Assembly (NCBI GenBank): GCA_964624125.1
Contig: CAZVAA010000001.1
Coordinates: 1 to 52,278 of the forward strand
DNA: 52,278 nt
Direction: 5' to 3'
Source: an uncultured Sphaerobacteraceae bacterium
GTDB taxonomy: Bacteria; Chloroflexota; Chloroflexia; Thermomicrobiales; UBA6265
Positions 10,231 through 18,639 of this stretch are shown here, one piece after another. Below the pieces are notes generated by a model. The model saw nothing but the letters and a program-made list of their open reading frames with translations, had not been told where the DNA came from and ran no database searches. Made by a program: the position numbers and the translations under genes. The stretch's first letter is position 1, and the number at the start of each line of letters is the position of its first letter.

Positions 10231-11757
10231 CTACTCCGGATCGGTATTGGTCACCTGGTCCTGCTCTTCAGGCAGGCGTCGCATGGCCGGGAAGAGGATC
10301 ACGTCGCGCAGGGTCGACTGGTCGGTCAGCAGCATGACAAGCCGGTCAATGCCGATCCCGACACCACCCGTCGGGGGCATGCCGTACATGAGCGCATTGA
10401 TGAAGTCACGGTCGATCGGCATCGCCTCCTCGTCGCCCGCCTCACGATCCTTTTGCTGGTCCAGGAACCGGTCGAGCTGGTCCATGGGGTCGTTCAGCTC
10501 GGTAAAGGCGTTGCCGATCTCCCCGCCGCCGATGTACGGCTGGAATCGCTCCACATGGGTGGGGTCGTCGGGCTTCTTCTTCGCGAGTGGCGAGAGTTCG
10601 ACCGGGTAATCGATGAGGAACGTCGGCTGGATCAGGTACGGCCGGACGAACTGCTTCAGCAGTTCATCGACGACGCGCGGCCAAACCATGCCCGATTCGA
10701 TATCCGCCCCGGCCTTCCGGGCCTCGGCGATCAGGTCGTCCGCTTCCGGGAACTCCGTGTAGTCGATGCCGGACCGCTCCCGGATCGCATCGCGCAGCGT
10801 CATGCGCGGCCACGGCGGGGTAACGTCGATCTCATGACCCTGGTAGGTGAACGTCGAGCCGCCATAGACCTCCTTCACCACGGACGAGATGAGCTGCTCG
10901 ACCATGTCCATCATCTGCTCGTAGTCGCCATATGCCTGGTAGAACTCGAGCATGGTGAACTCGGGCGAATGGTTCTTGTCGATGCCCTCGTTCCGGAAGT
11001 CCTTCGCGATCTCGTAGACGCGCTCGAACCCGCCGACGATCAGCCGCTTCAGGTACAGCTCATCCGCGATGCGCAGGTAGAAGGTCTGGTCGAGCGTGTT
11101 GTGGTGCGTCGTGAATGGCCTCGCCGCGGCGCCTCCATACAATGGCTGCAGCACCGGCGTCTCGACCTCCAGGTACCCGTGGTCGTCGAGGAAGTGCCGG
11201 ATCGCGGAGACGATGCGGGAGCGGGTTTCGAACACCTTCCGCGTCTCCTCGTTGGCGATCAGGTCGGCGTAGCGCTGGCGATACCGCAGGTCGATATCCT
11301 GCAGCCCGTGCCACTTTTCCGGCGGGGCGTTTAGCGCCTTGGCGAGCATGGTCACGGAGCTGGTGCGCAGGGAAACCTCGCCCATGCGGGTGCGGAAAAG
11401 GTCGCCGGATGCCTGCACGAAGTCACCGACATCAAGCAATTTGAGGACGTCGTTGTACGTTTCTTCCCCGATGACATCTTTACGGATGTAGAGCTGCAAC
11501 TCGCCGTGGCCGTCGCGGATGTGCGCGAAGACCGTTTTCCCCATGTGCCGGTAGCTGACGAGGCGCCCGGTGAGGGTAACCGTGTCACTGGTATACCCGT
11601 CCTCCAGTGACTCATCTTTCTCGGCGCGCTCGAAGAGGGCCAGCGCTTCGGCGGTCGTATGGGTGCGTTGGGCACGAGTGGGGTAGGGGGCGATGCCGCG
11701 TTCCTCGAGGGCTTCGGCCTTCGCGCGGCGAATTCGCTGCAGTTCGCTCAGCTCCAT
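10231..11757 (-). CDS. lysS: Lysine--tRNA ligase, class II
   Basis: Track ORF 10231-11826, trimmed to MELSELQRIRRAKAEALEERGIAPYP. Contains the FRNEGID, FYQAYGDY and GGGEIGNAFTELNDP...GMPPTGGVGIGIDRLVM class II motifs. Confidence 0.95.
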   Translation of the reverse strand: MELSELQRIRRAKAEALEERGIAPYPTRAQRTHTTAEALALFERAEKDESLEDGYTSDTVTLTGRLVSYRHMGKTVFAHIRDGHGELQLYIRKDVIGEETYNDVLKLLDVGDFVQASGDLFRTRMGEVSLRTSSVTMLAKALNAPPEKWHGLQDIDLRYRQRYADLIANEETRKVFETRSRIVSAIRHFLDDHGYLEVETPVLQPLYGGAAARPFTTHHNTLDQTFYLRIADELYLKRLIVGGFERVYEIAKDFRNEGIDKNHSPEFTMLEFYQAYGDYEQMMDMVEQLISSVVKEVYGGSTFTYQGHEIDVTPPWPRMTLRDAIRERSGIDYTEFPEADDLIAEARKAGADIESGMVWPRVVDELLKQFVRPYLIQPTFLIDYPVELSPLAKKKPDDPTHVERFQPYIGGGEIGNAFTELNDPMDQLDRFLDQQKDREAGDEEAMPIDRDFINALMYGMPPTGGVGIGIDRLVMLLTDQSTLRDVILFPAMRRLPEEQDQVTNTDPE

Positions 11758-11804
11758 AAAGTGCTCCGTGGGATTGCTGTGTGAGAGGTTTCCGCTGGAC
11801 GCCG

Positions 11805-11839
11805 GACACACAAACGCGGCGGGCACGCACCCGCCGCGT
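11805..11839 (-). terminator. Possible terminator downstream of greA
   Basis: Minus strand reads ACGCGGCGGG tgcgtg CCCGCCGCGT followed by TTGTGTGTC, a weak U-tract. It lies between the greA stop (11864) and the lysS start. Confidence 0.4.
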
Positions 11840-11863
11840 CCGCGTTCGGTTCCGTGCGTCTGG

Positions 11864-12337
11864 TTATTTTACTTCGACGACGGTGTAGGTGACGTTCCCG
11901 TCCGGCGTTTCGACGACAAAGGTGTCGCCCGCGCGTTTCCCGAGCAGCTGTTTGCCCACCGGGGAATCGTCGGCGATGCGCCCCTTGAGCGGATCGGCTT
12001 CTTCGGAGCTGACCAGCACCCAGTGCTCGAGCGGCTCGCCATCGTCGGTGTCCACCGAGAGATGCGACCCGAGGCCGATAGTGCCGTCCTGCGAGCCTTC
12101 GGTGATGATCACGGCGCGCTCGAGCATGTACTCGATATCGTGACGGCGGCTCTCGGCGTGTACGCGCTCATCCTTGAGGTCTTCGTACTCGCTGTTATCG
12201 GAGACATCGCCGTCCTCGTTCGCGCGCTGGATACGGGCGGTGAGGTCGGGCAGGCGCTCTTCGACGAGGTGCCGCAGCTCCTCCTCGAGGCGTCGCTTGC
12301 CATCTGGTGTGAGTTGAACGCTGCGTGTTGACGCCAT
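11864..12337 (-). CDS. greA: Transcription elongation factor GreA
   Basis: Only the last 157 aa of the 451-aa track ORF look real: MASTRSVQLTPDGKRRLEEELRHLVEERLPDLTARIQRANEDGDVSDNSEYEDLKDE...PLKGRIADDSPVGKQLLGKRAGDTFVVETPDG. ATG at 12337 with AAAGGA upstream. Confidence 0.9.
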   Translation of the reverse strand: MASTRSVQLTPDGKRRLEEELRHLVEERLPDLTARIQRANEDGDVSDNSEYEDLKDERVHAESRRHDIEYMLERAVIITEGSQDGTIGLGSHLSVDTDDGEPLEHWVLVSSEEADPLKGRIADDSPVGKQLLGKRAGDTFVVETPDGNVTYTVVEVK

Positions 12338-12928
12338 TAGGGAACATCCTTTCGTTTGGATTGAGCCCTGGATCACGGAAAGCGAAGAACGATGCGCCAC
12401 GCCCCCGGCTGATGCCGGGCGCATGCTCGCGGTTCGCAGGTTCGCTTGTGCCGTATGCCTGTTGTACATCGGCCCCGGCACAAGGTGCCCGGGGCGCGTG
12501 GACCATGCGCTTTCCTGTCCAGGAATCAGGTTCCGGGACCAGGTACGCAAATAGGACAAAACCGGAGGACCGAGCCCCCGGCAATCTCCCGATGCATCCA
12601 GTATATGCCGAACTGGCACGAACGCAAGTGTTGCTACGCGCCGCAGGTGTGCCGACAGGGCGCTGGAAGCACCCGGTTCCGGGGCGCGGGTACGCGTTCG
12701 TACGCGAGGATCGGGTTGTTGACCGATATGATGAAAGGTTCTCGCCAGACAGGCCTTGCCAATGAAGGGCATTCCCCATTTACTCTTCAGGAAGTCAGAG
12801 AAAGACCCAACCAAGCGTCGATCTTGCATGCAATTCCCGAGTTGACAAATTGTCACAATAAGGCACGAGACCCATCGCGACTGCGCAACGAAAACCCTAA
12901 TCAGCGAATCATGATTCTTCGAAGGTGG

Positions 12929-12957
12929 TTGCACGCCTAAAAGTGATTGTGTAGTAT
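12929..12957 (+). promoter_or_regulatory. Sigma70-like promoter (extended -10) for the first L,D-transpeptidase gene
   Basis: TTGCAC (12929-12934), a 17-nt spacer ending in TGTG, then TAGTAT (12952-12957), about 100 nt upstream of ATG 13059. Confidence 0.45.
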
Positions 12958-13058
12958 ACGGCCACAGTGTACGTACACAGCACGCGGCTGGCGTGCTTCG
13001 CTTTGCCCCGCAAGTGATCAACGGATCGTTTCCCGCAACGAGAGGAAGGGGACAACCT

Positions 13059-13829
13059 ATGGGACTTTGCATGCAGGGAATGGCTGATCCTTGCGGCAAT
13101 CGCGCTGGCGCGTTCATGACAAGGCTTGTCATGGCGTTCATGCTCGCCCTCGCGTTCGCAGGCACCCTCGCGGTGACTGCACCACAGGACGCTTCGGCCG
13201 GACAGGCTGGCCACATCAATACGCAAGGTGTTCCGCTGATGGCGGGCTACACCGACGATTCGGTCATCCTCTGGATGGATGAGGGCGTTCGGGTCGATAT
13301 CCTCTGGGGACCGGATAACGGCAAGTACGAGATCTACTACTACGATGTGCATGGCTGGGTCTCCGCCGAGTACATCACGCCGGAAGGGGCGGGCGGAGCG
13401 ACATCGGCGCCGACCACGACAGAGGCCCCGGCGGCGACTTCGGAGGCCGAGCACTGGATTGACGTCGACCGTTCGGATGGATCGGTCACGCTCTTCATCG
13501 GCGATGTGCCGCAGGCCACCTACTGGGGATCGCTTGGTTGGGATCCTTCGGATCACGGCTATTACTCCACCGCAGTCGGCACCTATTACGTGACCTGGAT
13601 GGATGCGTCGTTGACCTACACCCCGTTCGCGGATAACTACATCACCCACTGGGTCGGGTTCGATTGGGAGCGTGCAAACGGCTTCCATTCCTACACGAAG
13701 GACGCCAACGGCAACTTCGTGCCCGGAGGCGCCGGGGCGACCGCGGGATGCGTCGCCCTGAACGAGGAAGCGGCCCAGGCGGTCTACGACTTCGCCTTCC
13801 CGGGCATGCGCGTAGAGATCCATAACTAG
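13059..13829 (+). CDS. L,D-transpeptidase (YkuD domain) with an N-terminal SH3b-like domain
   Basis: Track ORF 12993-13829. ATG 13059 has GGAAGGGG 7 nt upstream. Signal-like LVMAFMLALAFAGTLAVTAPQDASA. The YkuD core ends in GFHSYT...GATAGCVALNEEAAQAVYDF, with catalytic His and Cys. Confidence 0.85.
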   Translation: MGLCMQGMADPCGNRAGAFMTRLVMAFMLALAFAGTLAVTAPQDASAGQAGHINTQGVPLMAGYTDDSVILWMDEGVRVDILWGPDNGKYEIYYYDVHGWVSAEYITPEGAGGATSAPTTTEAPAATSEAEHWIDVDRSDGSVTLFIGDVPQATYWGSLGWDPSDHGYYSTAVGTYYVTWMDASLTYTPFADNYITHWVGFDWERANGFHSYTKDANGNFVPGGAGATAGCVALNEEAAQAVYDFAFPGMRVEIHN

Positions 13830-13837
13830 GCGGCTCA

Positions 13838-14767
13838 ATGGCACGACGACGGGGAACTCAACGAAATGCGACGACGGGGACGGCAGTGACCGTCCTCGTC
13901 GTGTTGCTCTCACTTGCTGTTGTGTGGCAGGTCGCCTCGCTGCTCGGTCCAGGGGACCCTGCCGGTCCGGTGGTTGAGGACACCTTCTACACAACCGCCG
14001 ACGTCAACCTCCGCGCCGGGCCTGGTGTTGACTACGAGGTCCTGTCGGTCGTACCGGTTCGGGATGAGGTCACCGTCACCGGAGACGCCCGGGATGGCTT
14101 TCTCCCGGTGCGGACGCAGGGGGTGGATGCCTGGATTGCCTCCGATTACCTGTCGCCGGATGGAGTCACGCTCGCATCGAATGTCGATGTGGCCATGCCG
14201 ACGGAAGCGCCGCTTCCCACCGACGTTCCGCCGACCCAGGCTCCGCTGCCAACCGAGATTCCGCCGACGGAAGTGCCAGTTGTGACCGGGGAGCCGGTGG
14301 CGGATACGCTTGCGGCGGAGACCACCACCGTTGGGGAGGGCGCGCCGGCGGCCCGATCGCTCGATGTCACGACGCCCGAAGGCGAGCGGTGGGCCGAAGT
14401 TGACCGATCCACCGGAACCGTGACGCTCCATCAGGGCAACACGATCGTCGCATCCTTCCCCGCGCTGATCGGCAAGGATCCGTCCGCGGACGGGTATTAC
14501 GCGACCGCGGTGGGAACGTACTACGTCTTCTCAAAGGAGCGTGCGCTGACCGAGACGCCGTTCGCCCCGGGGGTGTATCTCACCGATTGGGTTGGCTTCG
14601 ATCCGGAGCGCAGCAACGGCTTCCATTCACCGACTCGTGACGAGCATGGAAATATCGTGCAGACCGGCGGCACCGCCACCCTCGGCTGTGTTCGGCTTGG
14701 CGAGGCTGACGCCCGCACCATGTTCGACTTCGCCTTTATCGGCATGCGAGTCGAGGTGCACGACTGA
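13838..14767 (+). CDS. L,D-transpeptidase (YkuD domain) with an SH3b-like domain and a Pro/Thr-rich linker
   Basis: Paralog of the preceding gene. SH3b-like ADVNLRAGPGVDYEVLSVVPVRDEVTV, linker PTEAPLPTDVPPTQAPLPTEIPPTEVP, and YkuD core GFHSPT...GTATLGCVRLGEADARTMFDF. Confidence 0.85.
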   Translation: MARRRGTQRNATTGTAVTVLVVLLSLAVVWQVASLLGPGDPAGPVVEDTFYTTADVNLRAGPGVDYEVLSVVPVRDEVTVTGDARDGFLPVRTQGVDAWIASDYLSPDGVTLASNVDVAMPTEAPLPTDVPPTQAPLPTEIPPTEVPVVTGEPVADTLAAETTTVGEGAPAARSLDVTTPEGERWAEVDRSTGTVTLHQGNTIVASFPALIGKDPSADGYYATAVGTYYVFSKERALTETPFAPGVYLTDWVGFDPERSNGFHSPTRDEHGNIVQTGGTATLGCVRLGEADARTMFDFAFIGMRVEVHD

Positions 14768-14791
14768 CGACTGCGGCGCCAGACGCGTCGG

Positions 14792-15679
14792 CTACGCCGT
14801 AACCATCTCCTCGTCCTTTTCCGGATGCGGATGGTGCAACCGGTGCCGGACACGAGCGGTAATGGCACCGGTACGTGGCTCGAAGAGGAACACGATCCCG
14901 AAGATGACCGTCGCTACCAGCACGACCGCCGCACCGGACGGGATGCCCTGGTAGTACGACACATACAGCCCCGCAATGCCTGACAGCACCCCGATCATCG
15001 AGGACAGCACCACCATCCGTCGCAGATCGTTGGTCAGCAATCGGGCGGTCGCCGCCGGGGTGACCAGCATCGCCAGGACGAGGATGTTGCCAACGGTCTG
15101 GATGGAGATCACGATCGCCATCGCCAGGATCACGAGGAACACCTGATCGAACAGCCAGAGATGGATCCCGCTGGCCTTCGCGAAGGTGCGGTCCAGCGCG
15201 ATCATGGTGAACTCGCGCCGGAAGATGAGCATCGCACCCAGCACGATCGCGCCGACGGCCATCGTCAGGTAGAGGTCGGAGCGCCGAACCCCGAGGATCG
15301 AGCCGAAAAGGAACGTGTTCAGGTCGCGGATATATCCGCTCTGCGTCGACATCAACGCGATACCAAGCGAGAAGGAGCCGACGAAGAGGACGCCGACCGC
15401 GGTGTCGTTATTGATTCGTCCGCCCTGGCTGATTGCCCCGATACCGAGCGACACGATGACGGCGGCGATCAGCGCGCCGACCAGGAAGTTTCCCCCGAAA
15501 ATGAAGGCGATGACGACGCCGGGGAAGATCGCGTGGGAGAGCGCATCCCCGAGGAAGGCGAGCCCGCGCAGGATCACGAAGACGCCTGTCGCGCCACAGA
15601 TAATGCCGACGAGGATGATGGCGAAGAAGGCATGCTGCATGAAGACATGCTGCCAGGGAGTAGTGAGCCAGTCGATCAT
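14792..15679 (-). CDS. Metal (Zn/Mn-type) ABC transporter permease, ABC-3 family
   Basis: 295-aa polytopic ORF with FMQHAFFAIILVGIICGATGVFVILRGLAFLGDALSHAIFPGVV, typical of ZnuB/MntB/TroCD. Its start overlaps the ATPase stop by 1 nt. Confidence 0.9.
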   Translation of the reverse strand: MIDWLTTPWQHVFMQHAFFAIILVGIICGATGVFVILRGLAFLGDALSHAIFPGVVIAFIFGGNFLVGALIAAVIVSLGIGAISQGGRINNDTAVGVLFVGSFSLGIALMSTQSGYIRDLNTFLFGSILGVRRSDLYLTMAVGAIVLGAMLIFRREFTMIALDRTFAKASGIHLWLFDQVFLVILAMAIVISIQTVGNILVLAMLVTPAATARLLTNDLRRMVVLSSMIGVLSGIAGLYVSYYQGIPSGAAVVLVATVIFGIVFLFEPRTGAITARVRHRLHHPHPEKDEEMVTA

Positions 15680-16476
15680 CAGGCCGTCACTCGCTCGGCG
15701 TCAACGGTCGACGGTGCGTCCTGGTTGACGATGATGATCTGCCCGCCAAACGTCTCCCGCAGCAGCTCCTCGGTCATCACCTGACGTGGTGTTCCCCGGG
15801 CGATGATGCCGCCGTTGAGCAGGACCACATCATCAGAGGTGACAGCGGCCTGCTGCAGGTCGTGCGTGGCGTAGACGATCGCCGTGCCCTGGCGCCGCAA
15901 CCGGGCGAAGAGCTCGACGAGCATCTCTTGCGTGGGAATATCGACGCCGGTGAATGGTTCGTCCAGGAGCAGGACGCGCCCGTTGGAAAGAAGCGCCCGC
16001 GCGAGAAAAACCCGTTGTTGCTGGCCGCCGGAGAGCGCGCCGATCTGGGCATGCGAGAGGTGGTCCATGCCGACCTGTTCCAGCGCATGCATCGCCATTT
16101 CGCGGTCGTTGCGGCTGAAGGGACGCCAGCGGGAACGCGCGCGGCTCAACCCCAGCAACGTCGCATCGAGCACGGAGATGGGAAACGTCCAGTCAGTGCC
16201 GGACCGTTGCGGGACATAGATCACGCAATCGCGTGCGCTGTGGATGGGCTCGTTCTCGAAGGTCACCTCGCCATGCGATGGCGGGATCATCCCCGCGAAC
16301 ACCTTGAGCAGCGTGCTCTTGCCTGCGCCATTTGGGCCAAGCAGGCTCGTGGTGGTGCCGGGCACGATGTCGAGGTCCACATCCCGCAATGCGGAACGGT
16401 TCTCGTAGTGCACGCTGACGCCGTGGGCGCTGAGGATGGGAGGGAGGTCGAAGGTCCGGTGATGGGAAACCGTCAT
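15679..16476 (-). CDS. Metal ABC transporter ATP-binding protein
   Basis: Track ORF 15679-16536, trimmed to MTVSHHRTF.... Walker A GPNGAGKST, signature LSGGQQQRV and Walker B LLLDEP. Confidence 0.9.
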   Translation of the reverse strand: MTVSHHRTFDLPPILSAHGVSVHYENRSALRDVDLDIVPGTTTSLLGPNGAGKSTLLKVFAGMIPPSHGEVTFENEPIHSARDCVIYVPQRSGTDWTFPISVLDATLLGLSRARSRWRPFSRNDREMAMHALEQVGMDHLSHAQIGALSGGQQQRVFLARALLSNGRVLLLDEPFTGVDIPTQEMLVELFARLRRQGTAIVYATHDLQQAAVTSDDVVLLNGGIIARGTPRQVMTEELLRETFGGQIIIVNQDAPSTVDAERVTA

Positions 16477-16593
16477 GGGATGGCGTCTGCCTGTCTGGAG
16501 AGTGCCAGCGAGCGCGTGGTAGCCGTGTCGGGGCACGAGCGAATTCCTGGGATACCGTCACCTGACGGTTTGGTCTGCATCAACATACCAGTA

Positions 16594-16610
16594 TTGATAC
16601 CAGGTGTCAA
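16594..16610. promoter_or_regulatory. Candidate Fur/Zur-family operator (17-bp near-palindrome)
   Basis: TTGATACCAGGTGTCAA, with 7 of 8 half-site positions self-complementary, in the 142-bp gap between the Fur-family gene and the ABC ATPase gene. Confidence 0.45.
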
Positions 16611-16618
16611 TTGTCGGT

Positions 16619-17107
16619 TTAGGCGTGGGCGGCGGGCGTTTCCTGGCAGGTCGGGCAGGTGCCGAACACCTCGAGCACGTGATCGTGTATCTCGAATGAG
16701 GTGGATACGGAGAGGTCCCGTACCAGGTCGTCGACCGGGCAAGCGGTAAAGGTCACCGTCGTGCCGCACTGGTCGCAGAGGAGATGGTGCCGGTGTCCCG
16801 GCGTGCCCCACATGTAGGTTGGGCGGCCATCCGGTTGCACGATCCGGGTGAGCACATCGATCGCCGCCAGCACCTCCAGCGTCCGGTACACCGTCGCCCG
16901 GCCAATATTCCTGCCTGCTTCGGTCTCCGCGATCTCCGCTACCAGCTCCTCGGCGGAGAAGGGGCGCGAGTGTCCGAGCACGGCGTCAACGATCGCCTGG
17001 CGTGGCTTCGTCAACCGGTAGCCATGAGCGCTGAGGACCCTTTGCACTTCATCGCGTGAAAGGACATTTGGTTCGTGATGGTGGGTGTCGACGTGCTGCG
17101 TTGTCAT
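16619..17107 (-). CDS. Fur-family metalloregulator (Zur-like by context)
   Basis: 162 aa with a winged-helix RATVYRTLEVL, then HHHLLCDQCG...(C)...HVLEVFGTCPTCQ, which are the Fur-family metal sites. It is first in line with the metal ABC genes. Confidence 0.85.
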   Translation of the reverse strand: MTTQHVDTHHHEPNVLSRDEVQRVLSAHGYRLTKPRQAIVDAVLGHSRPFSAEELVAEIAETEAGRNIGRATVYRTLEVLAAIDVLTRIVQPDGRPTYMWGTPGHRHHLLCDQCGTTVTFTACPVDDLVRDLSVSTSFEIHDHVLEVFGTCPTCQETPAAHA

Positions 17108-17334
17108 GTGAGCAGCATACCACGGATAACGGGACTATGTCTCAGGTGGAGCAGTCTACATTCAGCCGGTTCCAGTCTCGCCTTGCTGGCGGCACGGGTT
17201 CCTCATTGACGACGCTACGGACGTGCCATACCGTCGTGCCCACGAGCGTCGCTTCGCATGATTGCCTTGGGCGTGAGCCGCACGAGCGCGGGCAGGTCCC
17301 AGGCCATCGTCATGTCACGGATAGGGAACTGAAT

Positions 17335-18480
17335 ATGTCGGACAGTGTGTATTCGCGGCTGGGTATCGAGCCGGTTATCAATTGCGCCACGTTCTATACG
17401 CGCCTCGGGGGATCGATCATGTCGGCGCGCGTGGCGGATGCGATGCGCAGCGCTTCCGGAGCGTTTGTCGATGTCCCGGCCCTCCAGGAGGCTGTCGGGC
17501 GGCGAATCGCGGAGCTCACCAGCAACGAAGCCGCTTATGTCTCGAACGGCGCGGCGGCCGGCATCGCCCTCGCTGCGGCAGCGTGTATCACCGGGGAAGA
17601 CCTTGCCGCGATGGCACGGTTGCCACACGTTCTCCCCGGTCGACCGTACGAGTTCATCGTCCAGCGAAACCAGCGGAACTTTTACGATCGTGCGATCGAA
17701 CAGGTTGGTGGCACGATCGTCGAGATTGGCCACGCCATGGGGACGGCGATGTGGGAGCTGGACGGCGCGTACAGCGAGCGCACCGCAGGCGTGTTCTATT
17801 TCGCGGGCAGCCACCTGAACCGCCAGACGCTTGCCCTCCCGGACGTCATCGAGTGGGCACACGCCAGGGACCTCCCCGTGATCGTCGATGCGGCTGCGCA
17901 GGTCCCTCCGATCGAGAACCTCTGGCATTTCACCAAGGAGCTCGGTGCCGATCTCGCCATATTCAGTGGCGGTAAAGGGATCGGTGGTCCGCAGAGCAGC
18001 GGGTTGGTGGTGGGGCGGGCAGACCTCATCCATGCGATCACGCTCAATGGCCCACCGAACCACCGGATCGGGCGGCCGATGAAGGTGGCCAAGGAATCGA
18101 TGGTGGGTTTGCTTGCGGCGATCGAAGACCATCTCGATCCGGAGTACGCCGTTGATATGGAAGAACGTACCCGCGCATGGAACCGGCAACTCACCGCCTG
18201 GAAGGATGCCTGGGAAGGGATTGGCGCATCCGGGGTCTCATTCTCGATCGAGTCGACGGGCGAGGCCGGCGAGCCCATTCCGCGACTCCTCGTCCGGTTC
18301 GGGGATGACGCCGCGATGAATCTGCAGGGCTTTCTCGATGAGCTACGCGCGGAGCGCCCCGTCATCGAGGTCGTCGCGAACGATGCGAGCAGTGCGGCTG
18401 TCAGCGCCCACCTCCTCAGGGAAGGGGAGGAAGCCAGGGTGGAGAAGCGTATCGCGGACATCTTGCGGCGAGCTGGCTGA
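17335..18480 (+). CDS. SelA-like (DgaE-type) PLP-dependent enzyme
   Basis: Track ORF 17056-18480, trimmed to ATG 17335 (MSDSVYSRLGIEPVINC...). The upstream part overlaps the Fur-family gene. FSGGKGIGGPQSSGLVVG matches the SelA-family Lys-containing motif. Confidence 0.7.
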   Translation: MSDSVYSRLGIEPVINCATFYTRLGGSIMSARVADAMRSASGAFVDVPALQEAVGRRIAELTSNEAAYVSNGAAAGIALAAAACITGEDLAAMARLPHVLPGRPYEFIVQRNQRNFYDRAIEQVGGTIVEIGHAMGTAMWELDGAYSERTAGVFYFAGSHLNRQTLALPDVIEWAHARDLPVIVDAAAQVPPIENLWHFTKELGADLAIFSGGKGIGGPQSSGLVVGRADLIHAITLNGPPNHRIGRPMKVAKESMVGLLAAIEDHLDPEYAVDMEERTRAWNRQLTAWKDAWEGIGASGVSFSIESTGEAGEPIPRLLVRFGDDAAMNLQGFLDELRAERPVIEVVANDASSAAVSAHLLREGEEARVEKRIADILRRAG

Positions 18481-18639
18481 GGCGGTGGAGCGTACCCGTC
18501 AGTATCTTTCTGCCCGGGGTTAACTGCAGTGGCTGTCGTGACCTGGACTCTGGTTGCGCAATGCGGGCAAGGATGCCAACATCGCCGGCCCGGAATGCGA
18601 TAATCGAGGAGATGGATACTCAGGCATGATGGAAGGCAG

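Noticed and set aside
12338-12928. Checked the large gap for tmRNA, RNase P RNA, SRP RNA and tRNA
   Set aside because: None of the expected motifs appears on either strand. I found no GGAAAGTCCGG-type RNase P P4 motif, no T-arm/GGTTCGAATCC...CCA end or tag-reading frame ending in LAA-stop, and no GGTCCGGAAGGAAGCAGC SRP domain IV. The nearest string, GGTCCCGGAACCTGATTCCTGG, is too divergent.
12338-13219. N-terminal 294 aa of the 451-aa minus-strand ORF that ends as greA, and plus-strand ORFs 12325-12765 and 12446-12940
   Set aside because: Only the last 157 aa are GreA, with their own ATG and SD. The extension is Cys/Arg/Pro-rich and crosses a plus-strand promoter and the start of the L,D-transpeptidase gene. 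The plus-strand ORFs are equally non-protein-like.
17056-17334. 93-aa N-terminal extension of the SelA-like ORF
   Set aside because: It overlaps the start of the Fur-family gene on the other strand and has no homology-like features. The ATG at 17335 begins the conserved region.
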